Below, one piece after another: positions 20,101-26,238 of a stretch of 64,000 nt of DNA. Numbering within the stretch: position 1 is the stretch's first letter; each line of letters starts with the position of its first letter. The DNA is taken from assembly GCA_947595235.1 (NCBI GenBank), contig CANQEP010000001.1:7451-71450 (forward strand), given 5' to 3'. The stretch is from an uncultured Clostridia bacterium (GTDB lineage Bacteria; Bacillota; Clostridia; Christensenellales; UBA1242). Position numbers and translations under genes: made by a program. The notes beneath the pieces are model-generated. The model had not been told where the DNA came from. It searched no databases and saw only the letters and a list, made by a program, of their open reading frames with translations.

Positions 20101-20260
20101 GAGGCTTGCCAGTTGGGAATGGAGGGCCGTCATAGAACACGACCTCGTTTTTTGCGTTTTGCTTGACCGACTTTTCAAAGGTGTTGTCTTCTTCCCAAAA
20201 GTCTAACACTTCTTTTTGAACTTCGGGCAGGTTAAGTGTGGATTCCAATTCTTTTTTCAT
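17168..20260 (-). CDS. ileS: Isoleucyl-tRNA synthetase, long type-2 (eukaryote-like) form
   Basis: 1030 aa. FYDGPPFPTGKPHHGT (HIGH region) and KLSKKSKNYTDP (KMSKS region) resemble type-2 IleRS. A T-box leader with an AUC specifier lies upstream. Confidence 0.95.
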   Translation of the reverse strand: MKKELESTLNLPEVQKEVLDFWEEDNTFEKSVKQNAKNEVVFYDGPPFPTGKPHHGTVLVSFIKDMISRYFTMQGYSVPRQWGWDCHGLPIEVQAEALLNIDNKTEIENKIGVDKFNDKCREIVSQNNDSWKEYVREMARWTEYDKAYKTMDTPFMESVIWAFKELYNKGLIYKDYRVTPYCPRCETALSISETREADSTRPRQDRWVMAKFLTDEVLDGHKVYFLAWTTTPWTLPSNMALAVNDNIEYAYVLTESGDILIASNKNLGQYKNVFGEKPNVLKVVKGSELVGRRYKPLFDCFSDKADEGAFKVISAEFVDENEGISIVHIAPAFGEDDYWACKKNGVPLVCPVDEKGRFTSDVKLFEGKMVFDANSDVIRYLKENNIYVADGSIVHNYPHCWRCSTPLIYKAMDAWYFSIDKIKDELIKQNEKVNWVPDFIKTGRFGNWLNNARDWNISRNRYWSTPIPVWECPVCKKRKVLGSIEEIEKESGQKVANLHKQYLDKITLKCECGHEMKRVNEVLDCWFESGSVPFARLHYPFENKKWFDTHSPSDFVVEYTGQIRCWFYYLHVLSVALFNKPAYKNCIVHGTVLAKDGKKLSKKSKNYTDPMELMKTYGTDAFRLYMYSSNAMLVNDMMFDESGLKDKIQQVILPLFNCACFYQSYSKIDGFVGDINADVKPKNSLDKWILAKLYNVEKQIKDSMDNYRVDEYITPIVDFIDGLSNWYIRRSRRRFWASGLDEDKKSGYETLYYVLTNFCKIIAPVAPIISEKIFKSLTDEESVHLEKWPNIDKKFKDDALLKEVDLLQEIIHLARGIRNKNNIKNRQPLSLLEVAFTKKEDYEIARKHLDIIKEELNVKEVALISDVNDIASIDYKVNFATVGKTMGSKIPVITRAIKSGNLVYKDGKYYVRGEEEICLNKEDILVSYIAKNNMPVLSNEEVIVSLDLTITSELKEEGVAREIIRNVQDARKSLGLEITDRIYLDLEGDVPTNFVETILKETLAEQKTLSKSEAKSSFEVEGVKVKICKK

Positions 20261-20517
20261 AATTTCTCCTTATAAAAATGCCTTGAAGCCACCCAAAAAA
20301 ATGGCTCAAGGCACAATCTTTTTTCGGATTTCTTCGCACCATCATGCAAATTCTTCTGTAACGGGAATACCCGGGGTGGCTTAGTTAAACAAAAATGTTT
20401 GTTCGGCTCCCAACTCATTGGGTGATACTTTCATGACTCGGCAAGCCGTTTTCACCAACCACGGCATCTCTATGTAGCCTACCCCATAAAAGCGTGTCCC
20501 AACTCAAGCGTCTTTAT
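20261..20517 (-). promoter_or_regulatory. T-box leader (Ile specifier) with terminator hairpin
   Basis: Minus strand: AGAGA (20471-20467), GGUGAAAA distal-loop-like (20456-20449), GAAAGU-AUC-A specifier (AUC 20426-20424), F-box CCGUUA (20364-20359), terminator UGCCUUGAGCCA/UGGCUUCAAGGCA + U5 (20313-20274), then AAGGAG and the ATG. Confidence 0.65.
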
Positions 20518-20523
20518 GGTTTT

Positions 20524-20552
20524 ATATTATCACCCGCGCGCCACTATGTCAA
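20524..20552 (-). promoter_or_regulatory. Sigma-A-type promoter of the ileS leader
   Basis: Minus strand: TTGACA (20552-20547), 17 nt, TAATAT (20529-20524). Confidence 0.6.
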
Positions 20553-20746
20553 GCAATTTGCCAAGACTTGCTCGCAAACGCACGCAAAAAACCCAGCCTT
20601 TTATTTTTGAACTTTGAGAACTTGTTTTCTGACATCTTGCAAAAAATAAAATTTCATTTGTAAATTTTGCATTATTTTGATATATTTTTTACAAATTAAT
20701 TTTTAGTTTTGCATTATATGGCGTTTATGGTCATAATTTTTAAGCC

Positions 20747-20771
20747 TAAAAAATGGGGGGCTGTCGCCCCC
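20747..20771 (-). terminator. Intrinsic terminator after murC
   Basis: GC hairpin GGGGGC-TGTC-GCCCCC (20755-20771) with A/T runs on both sides. On the minus strand it is followed by ATTTTTT. Confidence 0.65.
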
Positions 20772-20779
20772 AAAAAATA

Positions 20780-22153
20780 TTAGTTTTTAAAGTAGTTGCA
20801 AAAGTCAACAATGTCGCCCGCACCAAGGATAAGTAACATATCCCCTTGTTCAAGTTTGCCCGAAAGGTACTCCTTCATCTCGGCGTAGTCACCAAATGAG
20901 AACGCTTTTTGCCCACTTAGTGATATTTGACGCGCAAGTTCCTTTTCGTCAATTCCCATGTCAGGGGTCTCGCGCGCGGGATAAACTTTAAAGACGCAGA
21001 CCTCTTTTGCACCAATAAAACAAGTTTTGAATCCTTCAAGAAGAGTTTTTGTGCGCGAGTATGTGTGAGGCTGAAAAACAACATACAAGTTGTTTTGTGT
21101 TATACGCTTTGCAAGATTTATGACCGCTCTTATCTCGGTTGGGTGGTGCGCATAGTCATGAACTATCTTCACGCCCTTGCAAGTTCCGTACTCTTCAAAC
21201 CGCCTTTTGATGCCTTTGAATTTGTATAGCGCGGACTTGATGTAGCCGATATCAATCCCCTCTTCAAGAGCAACGGCGATTGAGGCGAGCGCGTTATAGA
21301 TATTGTGTCCACCATAAACGCCAAGCCGAATTTTCATGAGTTTTACGCCAAGCAAGTAGCAGTCAAATTTGAACTTTCCCTTTGCATACTCTTTTATGTT
21401 CCTCGCCTCGATTGCTCCCGTTCCCGAAACTGAAAAACTTATACTTCGCGTGAGGTAGCGCTTGTTGGCATGGGGGTCGTCACCAAGATAAACAACAAGT
21501 CCCCCCTTCTTGGTGTTTTTTGCGAACTTTGTGAACGAGCGGTTGATGTTCTCAAAGGTCTTGAAATAGTCAAGGTGGTCATTTTGTATGTTCAAAATCA
21601 CCGAAATGTCGCTTTTGAGTTCAAGAAAACTATCAACATATTCGCAAGCCTCGGTTATGAAATAGTCCTTCGTTCCAATATGCACATTGCCACCAATGGC
21701 GCTCATCTGTCCGCCTATGTGCACCGTGGGATTGAGCCCCGCCTCCATAAAAATCTGAGCAATCATGCCCGTTGTGGTGGTCTTGCCATGACTCCCCGCA
21801 ACAGAAATGACCTTTTTGTAGCCACTGGCAAGCCAGCCGAGCATCTTTGCGCGCGTGATAATCTTTTTTTCAAGGCTCTTTGCAAGCAAAAGTTCTCTGT
21901 CATCGTCATGAATTGCCGCCGAAACAACAACAAGGTCAGCATCTTTTATGCGCTCACTTTCCCCACTTATGCAAACATCAATACCCCCAAGGGCGAGGTT
22001 GTCGGTAATCTCGCTCCTTGTTCGGTCTGAGCCCGAAACCTCGTAGCCTTGTGACTTTAAAATGAGAGCAATGGCGCTCATAGAAATTCCGCCAATGCCC
22101 AAAAAATGAATTTTATTCCCAAACTTTTTCATACTGCCATTATATGCAGTCAT
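20780..22153 (-). CDS. murC: UDP-N-acetylmuramate--L-alanine ligase
   Basis: 457 aa. HFLGIGGISMSAIA N-terminus, ATP-binding AGSHGKTTTTGMI, Mur ligase middle and C-terminal domains. Confidence 0.9.
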   Translation of the reverse strand: MTAYNGSMKKFGNKIHFLGIGGISMSAIALILKSQGYEVSGSDRTRSEITDNLALGGIDVCISGESERIKDADLVVVSAAIHDDDRELLLAKSLEKKIITRAKMLGWLASGYKKVISVAGSHGKTTTTGMIAQIFMEAGLNPTVHIGGQMSAIGGNVHIGTKDYFITEACEYVDSFLELKSDISVILNIQNDHLDYFKTFENINRSFTKFAKNTKKGGLVVYLGDDPHANKRYLTRSISFSVSGTGAIEARNIKEYAKGKFKFDCYLLGVKLMKIRLGVYGGHNIYNALASIAVALEEGIDIGYIKSALYKFKGIKRRFEEYGTCKGVKIVHDYAHHPTEIRAVINLAKRITQNNLYVVFQPHTYSRTKTLLEGFKTCFIGAKEVCVFKVYPARETPDMGIDEKELARQISLSGQKAFSFGDYAEMKEYLSGKLEQGDMLLILGAGDIVDFCNYFKN

Positions 22154-22203
22154 TTTTAATGTTGATATCTCGCCTTTTCACCACCAGCCCTCAAACCTTC
22201 CCT

Positions 22204-23625
22204 CTAACTCGCCTTTAAATTTATATGCAACGCCGGGCGAACGCACCCATTGGGATTCTGGTTATCGTCGTCAATTATGGTTGTGGCCCCATTGCAACGA
22301 ATAAAACATGATTGATAGGAAGATGGACCAGCAGATCGTAGCCACCAAAAACAAGTCATATTCCTATAAACTGTTCTATATGTATATGAGGGGTAGGGAT
22401 AACATATGGCATTGTTCCCTATTGCAAAGTCTGTAGGGGAACAATATCTATTTACATCTTTATTCTTAAAAACTCCGTTTGGGTTCGCCATCTCCCAATA
22501 ACTCTTAAGATATATCTTGTCTTGCGTTGGTATTCCAGAGTTATCGCTCATTGCATTGTCATAATTACCTGTTACATTATTCCTTATAGTGGTCTGTTGT
22601 ATTATCCCTTTTTCATTATCGTCAAAGGCAGTTCTAATAAAAGCATCATTTAGCCATGACCGTATATCTGAGTTTGCCCATAAGTTATTATTCTTTGCGC
22701 TAAATGCAATATTTGATACTATCGCTTGAGTGCTAAGTATCTCGGCATATCCATCTTGTCCCATAGTTTCGTAATTGAGTATGTACCATTTTAATGGCTC
22801 AACCTTAAACCATGCCATTCTCCCAGTTGTTGGCGACGAATTGTCTTTATATTTACTATAGCTGTCACACTTTGTCTCTGTTCCTCTAGCGTACATTTCT
22901 CCGTTATATTCATATAATGTCCATGTCGTTGACCCGACTTTAAAACTTTCTTTTGTCTCTTGACCTTGACTATACCAACTCTCCAAAGTTGAGTTCATAC
23001 TCGAACCAACATACGTTTGTGGAAAACTACCAAATTCTAGAGTCCTTAGCCTAAATGATGAACTCGTTGAACCAACCGTCTCTTGAGCCCCAATCTCTGG
23101 CGGTACCCATGTTGTATATTGATAAATATCGTTTTTGCTAATATTTGCCGAGGGGTCAATATTGACTATTGCCCCGTCTTCAATATATATCGCGGGTCCT
23201 TGTTCTGCAGTACATCCCGTTATTGTTCCAGCCTTTATTGTTAGCGTTGCACCAGTGGAGACATATATTCCTCCACCATATTGTGCCGAACAATTTGTTA
23301 TTGTTCCTCCATTCATGGTGAAGGTTGCGCCAGTTGAAATGAAGACTGCACCGCCATAGGTTTTGTTTTTCCCCGAAATAGTGCCACCATTCATGGTGTA
23401 GTTTGTGTTGGGGTCAATATATATTGCTCCACCTTTTTGACTGGTTGGTGCTGAACTTGCTCCGCTGTCTGACGCACTTCCGCTTGCGCGCACCTCGGCA
23501 GAAAAGTTTTTGTTGCTCGTTTCTTTCACTTTTGACGACATAAGTGGTAAAATGATGCCAAGTGCCAAAGCCGAAATAACAAATATAATGGTCAATGAAA
23601 CTAATAGTTTTTGCTTGATTTTCAT
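22204..23625 (-). CDS. Signal-anchored surface protein: Pmp-like beta-helix repeats plus a C-terminal WWLRS...VRPAL domain (paralog 1)
   Basis: ATG 23625 follows AGAGGGA. TM anchor LLVSLTIIFVISALALGIILPL. Repeats GGAIYI../YGGAVFI..ATFTMNGGTI../YGGGIYV. C-terminal blocks FGSFPQTYVG, WFKVEPLKWYILNY, CSPTDFA, WWLRSAG, CVRPALHINL. Paralog of 60059..61471. Confidence 0.75.
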   Translation of the reverse strand: MKIKQKLLVSLTIIFVISALALGIILPLMSSKVKETSNKNFSAEVRASGSASDSGASSAPTSQKGGAIYIDPNTNYTMNGGTISGKNKTYGGAVFISTGATFTMNGGTITNCSAQYGGGIYVSTGATLTIKAGTITGCTAEQGPAIYIEDGAIVNIDPSANISKNDIYQYTTWVPPEIGAQETVGSTSSSFRLRTLEFGSFPQTYVGSSMNSTLESWYSQGQETKESFKVGSTTWTLYEYNGEMYARGTETKCDSYSKYKDNSSPTTGRMAWFKVEPLKWYILNYETMGQDGYAEILSTQAIVSNIAFSAKNNNLWANSDIRSWLNDAFIRTAFDDNEKGIIQQTTIRNNVTGNYDNAMSDNSGIPTQDKIYLKSYWEMANPNGVFKNKDVNRYCSPTDFAIGNNAICYPYPSYTYRTVYRNMTCFWWLRSAGPSSYQSCFIRCNGATTIIDDDNQNPNGCVRPALHINLKAS

Positions 23626-23650
23626 AATTTCCCTCTTTTTTAACACAATA

Positions 23651-23698
23651 ATACATCATTTTGTGATGTATAATCAAGCAAAATACATCAGTTTGTGG
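23651..23698. promoter_or_regulatory. Candidate XRE operator: palindrome plus a third half-site inside divergent promoters
   Basis: ATACATCA-TTTTG-TGATGTAT (23651-23671) and a repeated ATACATCAgTTTGTG (23683-23697). Overlaps the minus-strand promoter TTGATT(23677-72)-18-TATTAT(23653-48) and the plus-strand TATAAT (23669-74). Confidence 0.45.
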
Positions 23699-23710
23699 CA
23701 TATTTATATT

Positions 23711-23923
23711 ATGAATTTAGCAAAGAAAGTTGGAGAAAACATAAAGTCAGCGCGAAAGGCCAAGGGTTTAACGCAGAAAGAGGTTGCCAAGATTTTATTC
23801 ATGACTCAACAGCAATACAGCCGATTTGAGAACGGCATCTTTGAACTCAACTACCAGCAACTTCTTGACATCTGCAAAATCCTCGACATCACCCCCAACG
23901 AGATCTTTGACTTCGGCATATAA
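23711..23923 (+). CDS. XRE-family helix-turn-helix transcriptional regulator (70 aa)
   Basis: MNLAKKVGENIKSARKAKGLTQKEVAKILFMTQQQYSRFENG... is the classic Cro/C1-type HTH. Divergent from paralog 1. No obvious SD. Confidence 0.8.
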   Translation: MNLAKKVGENIKSARKAKGLTQKEVAKILFMTQQQYSRFENGIFELNYQQLLDICKILDITPNEIFDFGI

Positions 23924-23930
23924 TCTTTTA

Positions 23931-24180
23931 GTTGCGCGCGACCAATCGCGCGCCCCAACCTCCACGCACCTAAGCCATATTTTTCACAAATGGCTTCGAA
24001 AGAGAAACGCGGGCAACCTATTTTGTTGCGAGCCATTTTTATGGCTCGCTCCTCACTCACCGCATATAAACGAACTTTAAGCGAAGAGCATCGAAAAGAA
24101 AAGGTCGCGACCATAAAGGTCAGCGGCCTTTTGTTTTCTTCCCTCTTCATCTTAAATTTCGCTTATCTGCTTCTTTATAC
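23931..24180 (+). repeat. Copy A (full length) of an unrecognised modular structured repeat, candidate ncRNA
   Basis: GTTGCG + hairpin GCGCGCGA-CCAA-TCGCGCGC, junction, module X (53 nt, 23966-24018, identical to 59266-59318), hairpin GCGAGCCAT-TTTT-ATGGCTCGC, second junction, module Y (24066-24161, matches RC of 59671-59768), tail CTTATCTGCT. Confidence 0.5.
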
Positions 24181-24211
24181 TATATCACCAACAAAATCAG
24201 GGATAATTTAA
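24131..24211 (+). CDS. Speculative 26-aa hydrophobic peptide inside repeat copy A
   Basis: TTG start directly after the hairpin arm GCGGCCTT. Product (M)FSSLFILNFAYLLLYTISPTKSGII. The FSSLFILNFAYLLL block also occurs in copy B', and the only 2 nt differences are synonymous. No ATG, weak SD. Confidence 0.2.
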   Translation: MFSSLFILNFAYLLLYTISPTKSGII

Positions 24212-24238
24212 ATTTTTAATTTACTCATTCAAGTAACG

Positions 24239-24367
24239 TTTTTCGGGGCAAGATTTGCGCCTATAACAAGGCATAAAAAAATTTCCAGGCAGGAGTTTAT
24301 ATGAAATAAATGACTGTCTGGAAATTTTTTTATAACGCAGTTAGAGGCGCAAAGATTGCCCCGAAAA
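24239..24367 (-). terminator. Nested hairpin terminator region after rpsI
   Basis: Outer ~22-bp stem TTTTCGGGGCAAGATTTGCGCCT / AGGCGCAAAGATTGCCCCGAAAA encloses an inner hairpin TTTCCAGGCAG...CTGTCTGGAAA flanked by A7 and T7 (bidirectional). Confidence 0.6.
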
Positions 24368-24781
24368 CTAGCGCTTGCTGAATTGAGGAGCCTTGCGGGC
24401 TTTTTTCAGACCATACTTCTTCCTCTCTTTCATGCGTGGGTCACGGGTCAAGAAGCCTGCGGCTTTGATGTCTGCCTTGTAGCTCTCATTGTTAATAACA
24501 AGAGCGCGTGCAATACCATGACGGCAAGCGCCTGCTTGACCAGCAAGGCCACCACCATAAACATTGACATTGACGTCATACTTCTTTTCGGCACCAACCA
24601 AAACAAGAGGTTGCTTAACGATACCAATCAAAGTATCTTGCTTAAAATACTCTTCAACTGGAACCTTGTTAATTAAGATCTTGCCCTCGCCAGCGGTCAA
24701 TCTAACCCTTGCGATAGCCTTTTTTCTTCTTCCGGTTCCCCAAGTTTGCTCTTTTGCTTTGTTTACAATTTTCTTTGCCAT
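24368..24781 (-). CDS. rpsI: 30S ribosomal protein S9
   Basis: 137 aa ending ...[29 protein letters not shown], the canonical S9 C-terminus. Confidence 0.95.
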   Translation of the reverse strand: MAKKIVNKAKEQTWGTGRRKKAIARVRLTAGEGKILINKVPVEEYFKQDTLIGIVKQPLVLVGAEKKYDVNVNVYGGGLAGQAGACRHGIARALVINNESYKADIKAAGFLTRDPRMKERKKYGLKKARKAPQFSKR

Positions 24782-24787
24782 AGTTTT

Positions 24788-25228
24788 TTACCTTTTCCCC
24801 TCAAGAGTTATAAGTTCAGGCTTTTGAGCCTCGTGGCCGTGGTTAGCGTCCTTATATACTCTTAGTTTTTTGATCATTTGACGGCCGATTCTGTTTTTAG
24901 GGAGCATGCCTTTAACAGCAAGATAAACAGCCTTGTCGCTCTTTTCACTCATAAGTTCTTTGTATTGAACTTCTTTAAGGCCACCGATGTAGCCAGTGTG
25001 ATAGCGATAGTACTTTTTCTCCATCTTTCTTCCAGTCAAAACCACTTTGTCGGTATTGATAACAACAACATGGTCGCCGGCATCAACATTTGGAGTGAAT
25101 TCTGGTTTGTTTTTTCCACGAAGGATTGTTGCAACTTGGCTTGCAAGTCTGCCAAGAGGCATATCTGTTGCATCAACCAAATACCACTTGGTTGACTTGT
25201 CTGCTGGATTGTGATAATAAGTTTTCAT
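24788..25228 (-). CDS. rplM: 50S ribosomal protein L13
   Basis: ATG 25228 follows AAGGAAA. MKTYYHNPADKSTKWYLVDATDMPLGRLASQVATILRGKNKPEFTP is a typical L13 N-terminus. The track ORF start (25285) is an upstream extension. Confidence 0.9.
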   Translation of the reverse strand: MKTYYHNPADKSTKWYLVDATDMPLGRLASQVATILRGKNKPEFTPNVDAGDHVVVINTDKVVLTGRKMEKKYYRYHTGYIGGLKEVQYKELMSEKSDKAVYLAVKGMLPKNRIGRQMIKKLRVYKDANHGHEAQKPELITLEGKR

Positions 25229-25389
25229 TTTCGTTTTCCTTGAAATTATACTATTTGTTTCATCTTGTTTGCTAACGGGACACAATCAAGACTCAACTTG
25301 CTTTGATATTCTAATATATTTTGCAAAATAAGTCAATGATATTTTTTAATTTTCCATTATATTTTAATTTTTTTGCGCCAAAAATCCCC

Positions 25390-26127
25390 CTAATACGTGA
25401 CGTCAAGCAAGTAAAGTCCATACGGCGGAGCGGTCTTGCCCGCCCTTTTCCTGTCCTTTGCGTCAACAATATCTTTCACCTCGGCGGGCGAAATTCTGCC
25501 TTGCCCAACAAAAAGGAGCGTTCCCATGATTATTCGCACCATGTTATACAAAAAGCCGTTACCCGAAATGGTCAGCATATACTCATTATCTCCAAGACTC
25601 ACAACCTTTGCCGAGTAGATTGTTCGAACAAAATTGGTCTTGCCACTTTTTCTTGCAACAAACGAGGTGAAATCGTGCTCGCCAAGAAGATACTTTGCCC
25701 CCTCGTTCATCTTTTCTATATCAATATTATCATTGACCCTAAGCGCCCTATTTCTTAAAAGTGGCCTTTCGCACCTTGAAAGATAGAACTTGTAGCCATA
25801 GGTCTTTTTCTTTGGGCTGAACCTTGCGTCAAAACTGGCATCAACCTCCTCAAACGACACAACCCTAATATCGCTAGGAAGATAAAAGTTCAAACTGTCG
25901 TCAAGGTGCTTGTTCTTTATCTCTTTTGGCATATCAAAGTGCACAACTTGACCCATTGCGTGCACTCCCGCATCTGTTCTTCCCGACGCAAAGGTCTTTA
26001 CATCCTCATTAAACACCGACCTTAGCGCCTTTTCAAGTTCGCCCTCAACCGTTCTTTTCTCGGGCTGGACTTGGTACCCCGCAAAATTTGTTCCGTCATA
26101 TTCAAGTTTGAGTTTTATTCTTTTCAT
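25390..26127 (-). CDS. truA: tRNA pseudouridine(38-40) synthase
   Basis: 245 aa. MKRIKLKLEYDGTNFAGYQ.. and the catalytic GRTDAGVHA motif. Confidence 0.9.
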   Translation of the reverse strand: MKRIKLKLEYDGTNFAGYQVQPEKRTVEGELEKALRSVFNEDVKTFASGRTDAGVHAMGQVVHFDMPKEIKNKHLDDSLNFYLPSDIRVVSFEEVDASFDARFSPKKKTYGYKFYLSRCERPLLRNRALRVNDNIDIEKMNEGAKYLLGEHDFTSFVARKSGKTNFVRTIYSAKVVSLGDNEYMLTISGNGFLYNMVRIIMGTLLFVGQGRISPAEVKDIVDAKDRKRAGKTAPPYGLYLLDVTY

Positions 26128-26238
26128 AGTTTTAGTTTAACATATTTAAAAAAAGAAATAAATAGTTTTAAAAGGCATTTTTTATATTTGACTAAAAAAC
26201 AATCAAAATTATATAATGAAGAAAAAAGAGAGGTTTTT

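Noticed and set aside
22204-22500. Diversity-generating retroelement targeting the variable C-termini of the two surface paralogs (WWLRS...VRPAL region)
   Set aside because: No reverse transcriptase gene and no template repeat matching the 3' coding ends. The nearby repeats (23931-24180, 59231-59808) are not homologous to the coding C-termini and show no adenine-specific mismatch pattern.
25229-25389. rplM (L13) ribosomal leader RNA upstream of rplM
   Set aside because: A promoter (TTGACT-17-TAGAAT) and an ~80-nt leader with a weak hairpin are present, but I cannot match it to the known L13 leader structure by eye. Left uncalled.
26071-26238. 168-nt N-terminal extension of the PFOR ORF overlapping truA
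   Set aside because: The extension is low-complexity (FKFEFYSFHSFSL...) and overlaps the convergent truA 5' region. The canonical PFOR N-terminus MAKYITTDGN begins at 26239, preceded by AGAGAGG.
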